48,186 nt of DNA, from contig JACOTS010000092.1 in NCBI GenBank assembly GCA_016178265.1, positions 1 through 48,186 on the forward strand. The letters run 5' to 3'. Both the position numbers and the translations under genes were made by a program. A model generated the notes under the pieces. The model was not told the origin of the DNA. It worked only from the letters and a program-made list of their open reading frames with translations, and did not search any database. This document shows positions 1-8,964 of the stretch, piece by piece (position 1 is the first letter of the stretch; the number at the start of each line of letters is the position of its first letter). Source of the stretch: Candidatus Melainabacteria bacterium (GTDB lineage Bacteria > Cyanobacteriota > Vampirovibrionia > 2-02-FULL-35-15).

Positions 1-289
1 AATATAAATAATATTTACCTTTATAAAATGAGACGTCATGAACTCTGTAAGGACCATTCAAAGCCGGATCATATGGATCAGACAAGCTTACCAATCCCGG
101 GTTTGGCTCTATAGCCATATATAAGTGGCCATGAAGAAAACCTTCTGCTAATTTGTTGTAGTAAGTACCATGACTATTGTAGAAATCAAACTTATTATGT
201 GCTTCTGTTACAGTCCATAAGTAAAACATTACTGCTATCACTAATAATAAACTTCTTAGAATAGTCTTGATTGAAAAAATGTTTTGCAT
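1..289 (-). CDS. Membrane protein, N-terminal part only (gene runs off the left window edge); possibly a GT-C-type glycosyltransferase
   Basis: Not in the supplied ORF track. My own minus-strand translation from the ATG at 289-287 stays open to position 1: MQNIFSIKTILRSLLLLVIAVMFYLWTVTEAHNKFDFYNSHGTYYNKLAEGFLHGHLYMAIEPNPGLVSLSDPYDPALNGPYRVHDVSFYKGKYYLY. This is an N-terminal TM anchor followed by a loop. Co-oriented with the gene at 301-1260 and starts 11 nt after its stop. Family guess is from memory only. Confidence 0.4.
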   Translation of the reverse strand, partial: MQNIFSIKTILRSLLLVIAVMFYLWTVTEAHNKFDFYNSHGTYYNKLAEGFLHGHLYMAIEPNPGLVSLSDPYDPALNGPYRVHDVSFYKGKYYLY

Positions 290-300
290 ATTAGTAAGTA

Positions 301-1260
301 CTAAGTTTGTTTCTTTGTTAATTTCAAACTTAACATTTCAGTTATAGACTGGCGAATTGCTTCATGAGAACTTAGTTTTGCCCTCCAGCCAAGTTTATGG
401 ATTTTATTTAAATTAAATCTAACTACAGGAATATCACCTTTCCAGCCTTTATCTCCTCCGCTATACTCGTATTTTACACTCTTAAGACCCATTACATCTA
501 TTACAATATCTGCTATCTCACGAACGCTAATGTAATCATCTGTAGCAGCATTAAAAATATTAACTGTACTGTTAGTATTATTTATAGCAAAGTCAATTGC
601 ACCAAGAACATCAGAAACATGAATATAAGATTTGCTTTGCTTACCATCTCCAAGAATAAAAAGTTTGCTTTTATCAGCTCTTAATTTCTTAATGAAATCA
701 AATCCTACCCCGTGTGTTTGTCTTGTCCCTACAACATTAGCAAATCTAAAAATCCAAGACTTCATATCAAACATATGACAAAAAGCAGATATTATACTCT
801 CTGCCGCTAGTTTGCATGCACCATACATAGAAACTGGTATAAGTGGACCAAAGTCTTCTGCAGTTTCTACCAAACCAACATTTCCATATACTCCACTGCC
901 GGAAGAAAATACAATTTTATTAACTCCTGACAAACGCATTGCCTCTAAAAGATTATATGTAGCATCAACACCTAATTTTAAGTCTATATCAGTCTGCGTC
1001 ATTGCTTTTGCAATGTCTGGATTTGCTGCAAAATGAAAAACTAAATCATGCCCTACCATTGACTTTTTTACTATTTCAGCATTAAGCAGATCACCTTTTA
1101 TTAAATTAAATCTTTTATCAGAAAAATGATGTTTGATGAATTCTTCTTGCCCTGAACAAAAATTATCAAAGACTGTAACTTGATTATTGGAATTTTCCAA
1201 AAGTTTATCTACCATTGTAGATCCAATAAATCCTGCTCCGCCTGTAACAAAACATTTCAT
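301..1260 (-). CDS. NAD-dependent nucleotide-sugar epimerase/dehydratase (extended SDR, GalE-like)
   Basis: 319 aa. N-terminal Rossmann motif VTGGAGFIGS, catalytic S...YGACK (YxxxK) spacing typical of extended SDRs, GWKGD C-terminal motif. Confidence 0.85.
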   Translation of the reverse strand: MKCFVTGGAGFIGSTMVDKLLENSNNQVTVFDNFCSGQEEFIKHHFSDKRFNLIKGDLLNAEIVKKSMVGHDLVFHFAANPDIAKAMTQTDIDLKLGVDATYNLLEAMRLSGVNKIVFSSGSGVYGNVGLVETAEDFGPLIPVSMYGACKLAAESIISAFCHMFDMKSWIFRFANVVGTRQTHGVGFDFIKKLRADKSKLFILGDGKQSKSYIHVSDVLGAIDFAINNTNSTVNIFNAATDDYISVREIADIVIDVMGLKSVKYEYSGGDKGWKGDIPVVRFNLNKIHKLGWRAKLSSHEAIRQSITEMLSLKLTKKQT

Positions 1261-1277
1261 AGTAATTTTTTATAATC

Positions 1278-2282
1278 CTACTTCACTATAGCCTTCAAAC
1301 AATTATCAAACAATTCCATATTGGACAAAGCTTCGTTTCCTGAACATGGGGCAAGAACAAGTTTTTGTTTTGGGAAGAGTAAGCTTTCCAATTCTCTTGC
1401 AAAAACATCATTGCCATCAGTTTCCACAACTTTTTCTTCTGTTTCTTGCTGAGTACCCCCTTTCATCCATCCCCATTTTTTCCCTCTGATATAAGACTGA
1501 TTTCCATAGCTTCTGTTTCTGCCTATAACCCTTCCATATCCTTCTGTACCATTTACTTCCATTACAAATGTACTTTTCCAGCGAACTATAGATGTTTGTA
1601 TATTAAAAATAACGTTATTATCTCTAAGCAACAAGTGACACTCCTCTTCAATCCCTTTATTCCAAAAACCATCCCATTTAATGCCACTAACTACTTCTAT
1701 ATTCCCACCAGATATAATTCTACACAAATCAAGCAAGTGAATTCCTGGATCTATCAAACAACCCCCACCAGCTTTATCATAGTCTAGCTTCCAGCTATCC
1801 TTCATAGAAGGATTTCCTCCATGACCAAGTATAAAGTTAATTGAAACAAGGTCACCAAACTTATTATTTTTTATATCCGACACGGCTTCATAAATACCTC
1901 TATAAAATCTATAGTTAAATCCAACCCATAACCTCTCCATTGCTCCTTTCACGCTCATTATTTTTTTTGCTTCTTTCAATGAACGTCCTAAAGGTTTTTC
2001 AACCAAAACCTTACACCCATTATTTAATGAAGTAGTAACTAAATCTAAAATCAAATCATGGGGCGTTGCTATAAAAACCCAGTCAGGTTTTTTATCAAAT
2101 ACCTCATCCAGGCTAAATAAAGGACTAGTATCATACTGATCTGAAAGATCTTTTATATCTTCAATTAACGGATCATAAATCCCCACAAGTTGAATTGAAT
2201 TATAAGCTAATTTAAGAGATTGAAGCGCTTTCAATCTTTCTCTGCCAATTAATCCTGCCCCTATTAGTACAATTTTAATCAT
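1278..2282 (-). CDS. Gfo/Idh/MocA-family NAD(P)-dependent sugar oxidoreductase
   Basis: 334 aa. IVLIGAGLIGRER Rossmann start, conserved VLVEKP motif near residue 95, C-terminal alpha/beta domain. 4-nt ATGA overlap with the upstream SDR gene indicates translational coupling. Confidence 0.85.
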   Translation of the reverse strand: MIKIVLIGAGLIGRERLKALQSLKLAYNSIQLVGIYDPLIEDIKDLSDQYDTSPLFSLDEVFDKKPDWVFIATPHDLILDLVTTSLNNGCKVLVEKPLGRSLKEAKKIMSVKGAMERLWVGFNYRFYRGIYEAVSDIKNNKFGDLVSINFILGHGGNPSMKDSWKLDYDKAGGGCLIDPGIHLLDLCRIISGGNIEVVSGIKWDGFWNKGIEEECHLLLRDNNVIFNIQTSIVRWKSTFVMEVNGTEGYGRVIGRNRSYGNQSYIRGKKWGWMKGGTQQETEEKVVETDGNDVFARELESLLFPKQKLVLAPCSGNEALSNMELFDNCLKAIVK

Positions 2283-3052
2283 TCTATTCTTCTTAACTTC
2301 CAGTGACTATCTTTAGACAGTGTTTTACCAGTATTTATAAAGTCTTTCCAATTATCCCTAACATGTACAAAAGATCCAGAAAGAGCACTTGATTTTGCAA
2401 GCATAAATTCTACAATAAAGTTAATGGGTTCCGATATATCAACTTGTGTTTTAACAGTAGCACCAGATGATTTCACTATTTTTAACATCTGAGTATCTAC
2501 AGCACCAGGAGCTAAACAGACAACAATAAAGTCTCCTTTGTCCTTAAGATCTTCATTTAAATTCTCTGTTATTCTAACAATTGCTGTTTTACTAGCTGAA
2601 TATGCTGGAAATTCTGGAAATGAATAAGCAGATCCACCGCCAGCAAAAGTAATTATTCTTCCAAATCGTTCTTTAATCATATGCGGTAATAGCCCTTGAA
2701 GCACTGCAAGATTTCCTAATATATTAACCCTTAAACATTCATCCCACATATTCAATGAGGAATCCAAGAATGGACCATTTGGACCTAAAATTCCTGCAGC
2801 TAAAACAACACCAATTTGTTTAAAGGAAATGCTATTTGCCCAATTTGTAAAAATCTTTTTTGCATTCTCATAATCACTAATATCTAAAATTATTCCTTCA
2901 GCACTACCACCTTTTGCAATAATCTCACTTGCTGTCTTTTTACAATTATTACTTTTTGAAACACATACAACATGTAAACCTTTACTTGCAAGCTTTATAG
3001 CAGCTTCTTTACCGATTCCTTGACCAGCACCTGTAACAATGGCTACATCCAT
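2279..3052 (-). CDS. Short-chain dehydrogenase/reductase (classical SDR)
   Basis: 257 aa. TGAGQGIG cofactor motif and YSASK active-site motif. Confidence 0.85.
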   Translation of the reverse strand: MDVAIVTGAGQGIGKEAAIKLASKGLHVVCVSKSNNCKKTASEIIAKGGSAEGIILDISDYENAKKIFTNWANSISFKQIGVVLAAGILGPNGPFLDSSLNMWDECLRVNILGNLAVLQGLLPHMIKERFGRIITFAGGGSAYSFPEFPAYSASKTAIVRITENLNEDLKDKGDFIVVCLAPGAVDTQMLKIVKSSGATVKTQVDISEPINFIVEFMLAKSSALSGSFVHVRDNWKDFINTGKTLSKDSHWKLRRIE

Positions 3053-3063
3053 TTAACTATTTT

Positions 3064-3744
3064 TCATCCTCCAAAAATTTTTTTAGCAAAAATATAAAGC
3101 AATAGCTTTAGACCTATACCCCATGGATTTCTAACTTTTGTTTCACCAAAACGAGGCATAAAATTAATAGCTCTTTCATGAAATCCTATTTTAGGATTCA
3201 ATGCAGCTACAATCTTTATTTCATTAGAAAATAGCCAATCATTTCTTTGAAGCTTAAATTCTTTCAAAGCAGAAATGTGTATAATCCACATTCCAGAAGA
3301 CCCATCTACCATTTTAGTATTAAATAAAAAATTTGTTATCCATGTTATAAATGTATTTCCTAGAAAATTTCTTTGGGAAATAGCATTTTTATCATCCAGC
3401 GGAAATCTAGAAGCAGATAAAAACTTATGATTCTTTTCTATTGCATACTTTACCAAACCTTCTATTTCACTTGTTGGATAAGTCCCATCAGCATCAAGTG
3501 TAATTAACCAATCTTCTTTAACATTTTCAAAGCCTGTCTTCATAGCACGTCCGTAACCGCGTCTTGGCTCAACAACGATATCAGCTCCAAATTCCTTTGC
3601 AATTTCATGAGTTTTATCAGTACTTTCTCCATCTACAATTAGCACCCTATCTATATAAGAAGGAATAATTCCAAGAACTTTCTTTAATCCTTCTTCCTCA
3701 TTTAAAGTAGGGATAAGCAAACATATTGTTTGGTTATTAATCAT
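3064..3744 (-). CDS. Family 2 glycosyltransferase, small polyprenyl-phosphate-sugar synthase type (DPM1/GtrB/ArnC-like)
   Basis: 226 aa. LLIPTLNEE start, VDGESTDKT and LDADGTYP (DxD-type) motifs, hydrophobic C-terminus. Confidence 0.8.
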   Translation of the reverse strand: MINNQTICLLIPTLNEEEGLKKVLGIIPSYIDRVLIVDGESTDKTHEIAKEFGADIVVEPRRGYGRAMKTGFENVKEDWLITLDADGTYPTSEIEGLVKYAIEKNHKFLSASRFPLDDKNAISQRNFLGNTFITWITNFLFNTKMVDGSSGMWIIHISALKEFKLQRNDWLFSNEIKIVAALNPKIGFHERAINFMPRFGETKVRNPWGIGLKLLLYIFAKKIFGG

Positions 3745-3750
3745 AATGAT

Positions 3751-4884
3751 TTATTTTCCAGCTATTATAAACAAATCGGACCCTTTCATATCCCGCTCGA
3801 AAAGAGATAAGTCATCATTAAAAAATCCCTTTAATAAGTGAGAAGTTGAATTGAAAAATAATGGTTTAAGACCAGCTTTTTCTAAAAGAAATAACATAGC
3901 CTTATAAGAAAAGTAATGAATATGCTCAAGTTTAAAAGAATGATAGTATCTGCCAAAAACTTCATGTTCAATAGACATTAAATTAGGTGTCCTAATTACA
4001 CATATTCCATTTTCTTCCAACAAACTATTAACAGAATAGAGCATAGAGAGTGGATCAACAACATGTTCAAGGGTATCTAAGAGTGTTATAACATTATAGC
4101 TTGTGTGATTTTTAGATAAAAATTGTTCTATAGTTCCTACAAAAGTATCAAAACCAAACTCCTTTTTACATGTGTCACAAGCAAACTTACTCAGCTCAAT
4201 ACCATCATGAATCCATCCATTATTTTCTGCTGCAACACGCATAAATCCATAGCTTGATCCTACATCAAGAAAATTCACTTTTTCAGGAAGCTTATTGTCT
4301 ATTTGATTTGATATATCTATAATTTGCTTTATAACTCTATTTGATTTTTCAGCTCGCCAACTTTTTTGTGCTAAATAATTTCCATATCCAACACTATTAT
4401 CACCATCTTCAAAATAACCTTTATCATAAGATACTAATGTTTTAAAACCAGCTTTTAGATTTAAAAGATCTATCAACCATCCGTATTCATATTTAGAAGA
4501 GCCAACAACAGCATAATTAGATTTGTCTCTTATTCCTATATCCCAAATTTTATCTGAGAGTAATTTCAAGGGACCTTTTAGCCCCAACAGTCTTTTATCT
4601 TCTTCAGGCTCAGAAAGCTTAAGAAAGTTAGCAGTAGCTGACTTTAATATCTCAATTTTTTCTCTATCGCTTAGCTTAGAAAATACTGTATTTTTGCCAT
4701 TAGTGGATAACTTAACAACCTCTTCAACCCATGCTTTTGCTTCTGTATCACCCCAACACATGAGCCTACATAAACCATTTTCCCAGTGATCCAGCGAATC
4801 TTTAAAAACTAACTCACTGTCATGCAAGCACAAAATATTGCTGTTTTCTATAGTCCAGTTACAAGTCAATGATTTTGAATTCAT
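3751..4884 (-). CDS. Class I SAM-dependent methyltransferase with ~190-aa N-terminal domain of unknown function
   Basis: 377 aa. C-terminal half has FLDVGSSYG (motif I) and ITLLDTLEHVVDP plus NGICVIRTPN, typical of class I methyltransferases. The Cys-rich N-terminal region is not recognised. Confidence 0.7.
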   Translation of the reverse strand: MNSKSLTCNWTIENSNILCLHDSELVFKDSLDHWENGLCRLMCWGDTEAKAWVEEVVKLSTNGKNTVFSKLSDREKIEILKSATANFLKLSEPEEDKRLLGLKGPLKLLSDKIWDIGIRDKSNYAVVGSSKYEYGWLIDLLNLKAGFKTLVSYDKGYFEDGDNSVGYGNYLAQKSWRAEKSNRVIKQIIDISNQIDNKLPEKVNFLDVGSSYGFMRVAAENNGWIHDGIELSKFACDTCKKEFGFDTFVGTIEQFLSKNHTSYNVITLLDTLEHVVDPLSMLYSVNSLLEENGICVIRTPNLMSIEHEVFGRYYHSFKLEHIHYFSYKAMLFLLEKAGLKPLFFNSTSHLLKGFFNDDLSLFERDMKGSDLFIIAGK

Positions 4885-5070
4885 GATTTAAATACCAGTA
4901 TAGCCTTGAATTTATTGTTATCGTTGATTTATAAATTAATTTACATTCTGCTTTATACTAACTATTGTTCCCATCCAACTTATTTCCTTAAAACCAATGT
5001 TAAATCATTATCTTTAGGTATCATAAGGCTTAATACTAAGTTTCAAGACAGTTAGGATAAAATTAGTTTA

Positions 5071-5856
5071 GTGAATAAAGAAGATAAAACTGTTACCAAT
5101 GATAGAAGAAATCGCACAGAGGCTAATGAAGTTGCATTTTACTCAACCATCTATCAAAATGAGGCTTACAACAAATTTGGTAATAAGCTTAGACTAAAAA
5201 GAGAACTACACTCACTCTTATCACTTTCAAAAATTAAAAAACTTAACAAGGTATTAAGTATTGGCTGTGGTGATGGCGAATTTGAAAGACTACTTTCTCC
5301 GTATGCAAATCAAATTGTTGGCGTTGATATTTCCCCAGAAGCAATTACACTAGCAAAAAAGAAACAAGAAGAAGCTAATATTCATAACATAGAATACAAA
5401 TGCGAGTCTTTTTATGACCTTCACTGGGATAAAAAGTTTGATGTAATAGTGTGCCTAGCATTTCTACACCATGTTAACGAACAAGATATGCCAAAGTTTT
5501 TAAAGGTAGCATATGATCATGTAGCACCTGGTGGCTTTTTTTATTCACAAGATCCAAATGTTAAGGGTATACTTAGATTTATTGGGAGAAAGGTACTTGG
5601 CTCTACGTATGATAAGTACCACACGCCAGATGAGCGTGAATTAAATCCAGAAGAGTTAAAAGCACAATTACATGAAGCTGGTTTTAGTCATGTAAAAATC
5701 AGTTATATAGATCTTACACTAATTCCGCTAATATATATGTTTACTAAAGGAGTTAAGTGGCTAATGCTTCTTAGTTTATTTACTGATTTTATTTGGCAAC
5801 ATAGTCCACTAGCAAGGTGGTCAAGCGGTTTTGCAGCCATCTCTTGGAAGAAATAA
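5071..5856 (+). CDS. Class I SAM-dependent methyltransferase with hydrophobic C-terminal tail
   Basis: 261 aa, GTG start. VLSIGCGDGEF (motif I), VGVDISPEAI, FDVIVCLAFLHHV, PGGFFYSQDPN. Last ~50 aa are hydrophobic. Confidence 0.75.
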   Translation: MNKEDKTVTNDRRNRTEANEVAFYSTIYQNEAYNKFGNKLRLKRELHSLLSLSKIKKLNKVLSIGCGDGEFERLLSPYANQIVGVDISPEAITLAKKKQEEANIHNIEYKCESFYDLHWDKKFDVIVCLAFLHHVNEQDMPKFLKVAYDHVAPGGFFYSQDPNVKGILRFIGRKVLGSTYDKYHTPDERELNPEELKAQLHEAGFSHVKISYIDLTLIPLIYMFTKGVKWLMLLSLFTDFIWQHSPLARWSSGFAAISWKK

Positions 5857-5867
5857 TGCAAAATAAA

Positions 5868-7148
5868 TTACGATATCCAACCAATAGCAGTAAAACAAAC
5901 ATATATATTTAAATATATTCCAACAATTAAAAGTTTTTTAAATAAAGAGCTTATTTTATCTTTTTGGCTTAACAATAAACTTGAGTATAATATTGCCCAT
6001 CCTAACCAAATCCAAGAAATATATCTGTACTGTACAATAACAGGAGAATTTAAAGCATAGATCATAGCTGAAATTTGGGACAAATGCCCTAAAACAATTA
6101 GCATGCCTGCAGTGCGTGTTAAACCAGACTTAAAAATTGCTTTCAGTGAAATTAGTTTTATTGCTAAATGGACCCATAGTAAAACCCATATCACATTAAC
6201 AGGTGGATATGAAAAAATACACGAACCTATTACTGAATTAATCCATGTATGCATCCAATAATCAGATTCCTTGGTTGCAATGTTGCCTTCATTATGAACC
6301 CAGGGATCTTGCCAAGCTTGAGGTTGAAGCTGTAAAAAAGGTATTCTTACAACTCTTTTAAGCCTTTTCATTACACTATCTGGCTGAAATTCTCTCACAA
6401 TAAACATTTCGAAATTATTTGGGAAAAGTTTATTTGTATAACGATAATTATGGAAAATTAACCATGGAAGATGGAAGACTATTGACAACAACAAAATTCC
6501 TACAATCAATTTTTCTTTTTGCAAAATTGTTTTGGATAATATAGATCTAAGAAAACAAATAATTATCACTGAAATAAGCACAGGGGCTACTGTATATTTT
6601 GTATAAAGTCCTGCTGTAGCAGTTATTAATAAACCAAAAGCCAGGTTTCTAGACCACTGTTTCCAAAGCTTGTAGCTAAAAATGATCGTAGCAATAGATA
6701 GCATTGCTGCTAATGAATCGTTGTTATAAGTAGAAAACAACATTATAAAACCAGGAATTGTAGAGAGAAATAATAAAATTATTATTCGATCAATAGGACG
6801 ATTACTAACTTCCAATAATCCCCAAAACAGCAAACATAAAGTCAGTACACCATATAAAACTGATAATCCCTGAACAAGGTTTATATGAAGTGTTCTATTT
6901 TCTTTTATTACTGAATTAGGAATTATTAAACTATTTATTAAATAAAATAATGGCGGATGATATGTTTGTGTTAATTTACCTTCATAAGGAGCAGGAAGAT
7001 GTTTCTGATTAGAAATTATTTCTGTATACTCAACATGTCCACCAAAATCATAGGTTAAACTTCCTTGAGGTATATGAATAAGAAAACCAGCTGTAACTAT
7101 TAAATATACAGTTATTACAATGGTCAAAGCCGATTTATTACTTAACAC
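5868..7148 (-). CDS. Multi-pass membrane glycosyltransferase, GT-C fold (ArnT/PMT_2-like)
   Basis: 426 aa, GTG start, many TM segments. First loop has YDFGGH and HPPLFY motifs reminiscent of the ArnT/PMT family. Sits in a glycan locus next to polyprenyl-P-type GT2 genes. Confidence 0.55.
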   Translation of the reverse strand: MLSNKSALTIVITVYLIVTAGFLIHIPQGSLTYDFGGHVEYTEIISNQKHLPAPYEGKLTQTYHPPLFYLINSLIIPNSVIKENRTLHINLVQGLSVLYGVLTLCLLFWGLLEVSNRPIDRIIILLFLSTIPGFIMLFSTYNNDSLAAMLSIATIIFSYKLWKQWSRNLAFGLLITATAGLYTKYTVAPVLISVIIICFLRSILSKTILQKEKLIVGILLLSIVFHLPWLIFHNYRYTNKLFPNNFEMFIVREFQPDSVMKRLKRVVRIPFLQLQPQAWQDPWVHNEGNIATKESDYWMHTWINSVIGSCIFSYPPVNVIWVLLWVHLAIKLISLKAIFKSGLTRTAGMLIVLGHLSQISAMIYALNSPVIVQYRYISWIWLGWAILYSSLLLSQKDKISSLFKKLLIVGIYLNIYVCFTAIGWIS

Positions 7149-7191
7149 ACTTATATAATAATTTAACCAACGGTTTGAATCAATATACTCG

Positions 7192-8247
7192 TTACTTCCT
7201 GTTTATTGTCATATTTAATTCTCTTTGTAATGATTGGCGCCTGTTAAATACATTAAACATAACTTTGGACCCATCAAAGTCAAATTTAAATCTCATTCTT
7301 CTCATCCCCGCCTTTGACATTGCATCCGTTAATTTCGCCTGATGCTCCTTCGGACAATAAAATAACATGAAGCCGCCGCCGCCAGCACCTAGTATTTTCC
7401 CTCCAAAAGCACCATTTTTTATTCCTAATTCATACATTTCATCAATTCTCCCACTGGATATTTTCTTTGAAAGTTGTTTTTTCATTTTCCAATGAACATC
7501 CATTAATCTTCCAAACTCATCTAAATTTCCTTTTGAAATTGCATCCAATGTTTTATATCCAATGTCTTTTATCTGATGAAGGCTTTCTACAACTACCTTG
7601 TGAGAAGTGGCCTTTTTATCTTGGGCTGCTGTACTTTGTTCTTGTAATATTTCTGCTGTTGATCTTGTAGTGTGAGTATAATAAATTAACATTGAGCTTT
7701 CAAGCTCATCTATAATATCCTCAGAAATAGGTGGTCTTGTTACTTTTACAATACCGCTCTCATCTATTTCCATAACAATAAAACCGCCAAATGCAGCTGT
7801 ATATTGATCTTGTTTACCGACAGGATTTTTTAAAACATTAATCTCTATATAACAAGCTTCCTCTGCTAAATCCTGTTGGATAATCGGCTCATTTTTATAA
7901 CAATGCAGAGCATTTAAAAGCCCAACCAAGTAACAACCAGAAGACCCGAGCCCCGTTCCTGCAGGTATATCAGCCATTGATTGAATTTCTATTGAGTTTT
8001 TAATACCAACAAGACTTAACGCTTCCCTTACCAAATCATGTTTTACTTCGCTTACATCAAACACTTCTTCATACTTTGAATATTTAACCCTAATTAAATC
8101 ATCTACTATAGGGGTATTAACATTTATGTACATGTATTTGTCGAGTGTAACTGAAAAAATAAAACCACCATGTTCTTTGTAGTAAGAAGGTAAATCTGTT
8201 CCACCACCGCCCAATGTAATTCTAAAAGGGGTTCTGGTTAATATCAT
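7192..8247 (-). CDS. hddA: GHMP-family sugar kinase, D-glycero-alpha-D-manno-heptose 7-phosphate kinase type
   Basis: 351 aa. RTPFRITLGGGGTDLPSYY N-terminus and PAGTGLGSSG (GHMP ATP motif), GAGGGGF near the C-terminus. Directly abuts the nucleotidyltransferase gene (TAA then ATG). gmhA and gmhB lie in the same locus. Confidence 0.7.
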   Translation of the reverse strand: MILTRTPFRITLGGGGTDLPSYYKEHGGFIFSVTLDKYMYINVNTPIVDDLIRVKYSKYEEVFDVSEVKHDLVREALSLVGIKNSIEIQSMADIPAGTGLGSSGCYLVGLLNALHCYKNEPIIQQDLAEEACYIEINVLKNPVGKQDQYTAAFGGFIVMEIDESGIVKVTRPPISEDIIDELESSMLIYYTHTTRSTAEILQEQSTAAQDKKATSHKVVVESLHQIKDIGYKTLDAISKGNLDEFGRLMDVHWKMKKQLSKKISSGRIDEMYELGIKNGAFGGKILGAGGGGFMLFYCPKEHQAKLTDAMSKAGMRRMRFKFDFDGSKVMFNVFNRRQSLQRELNMTINRK

Positions 8248-8964
8248 TTAAGATCCTCTTTCCTTTTTTAACACATTTTCAGTAACACTTAGTGCATCTT
8301 TGGTATCTATTGCTAAAACAAAACTATCTGATAAATAACCTTTTACGTTACATCCTTCTTTAAGCAATTTTGGAAAAACATCTTTGCCAAAATCAGAAGG
8401 GTGGTCTTTTGGAATCATATCAAGAATTTCACGTTCTAAAATATAGATTCCAGAATTTACATACCCTTTTACATCAGGACCACTTCCTTCTATAAAAGAA
8501 ATTACATTGTTATCTTTATCTAACTTTATTTTCCCCCCGGCAATTCCTGAATTCAATGATTTCTCAGGGTCAAATAAGGCAATTGTTGCTTGTGGTTTAC
8601 TAGCTTCATGAAACTTAAACATTTTAGATAAATCAGTATTTGTGTAATTGTCACCGTAAACTACAAAAAACGGAGACTCATTCAAAAAATGAGTAACATT
8701 TAATAATGCTCCACTTGTTCCTAATAACTCTTTTTCATAAGAATAAGTAATATTTACACCCCATTTAGATCCATCAGCAAAATAATTTTTTATTACATCT
8801 CCTTTATAGAATAGAGTAATGCAAATGTCAGTAATATTATGTTTCTTTAGAAGCAAAATATTGTACTCTAGAACAGGCTTACCATTAATTTTATACATGG
8901 GCTTTGGTATATCCTCTAAACCAAGCCTTTTCCCTAACCCTGCTGCTAATATTAAAGCTTTCAT
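8248..8964 (-). CDS. hddC: Sugar-1-phosphate nucleotidyltransferase, D-glycero-alpha-D-manno-heptose 1-phosphate guanylyltransferase type
   Basis: 238 aa. MKALILAAGLGKRL signature of the NTP_transferase family. Context with hddA, gmhA and gmhB. 4-nt ATGA overlap with the upstream epimerase gene. Confidence 0.65.
   Translation of the reverse strand: MKALILAAGLGKRLGLEDIPKPMYKINGKPVLEYNILLLKKHNITDICITLFYKGDVIKNYFADGSKWGVNITYSYEKELLGTSGALLNVTHFLNESPFFVVYGDNYTNTDLSKMFKFHEASKPQATIALFDPEKSLNSGIAGGKIKLDKDNNVISFIEGSGPDVKGYVNSGIYILEREILDMIPKDHPSDFGKDVFPKLLKEGCNVKGYLSDSFVLAIDTKDALSVTENVLKKERGS

Noticed and set aside
991-1015. Additional copies of the GTCATTGC repeat core inside coding sequence (GTCATTGCTTTTGCAATG at 998-1015; also TGTCATTGCAGC at 13983-13994).
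   Set aside because: Both lie within well-supported ORFs and lack the extended ATGTCATTGC 10-mer. One or two chance 8-mer matches are expected in about 96 kb of two-strand sequence of this composition.
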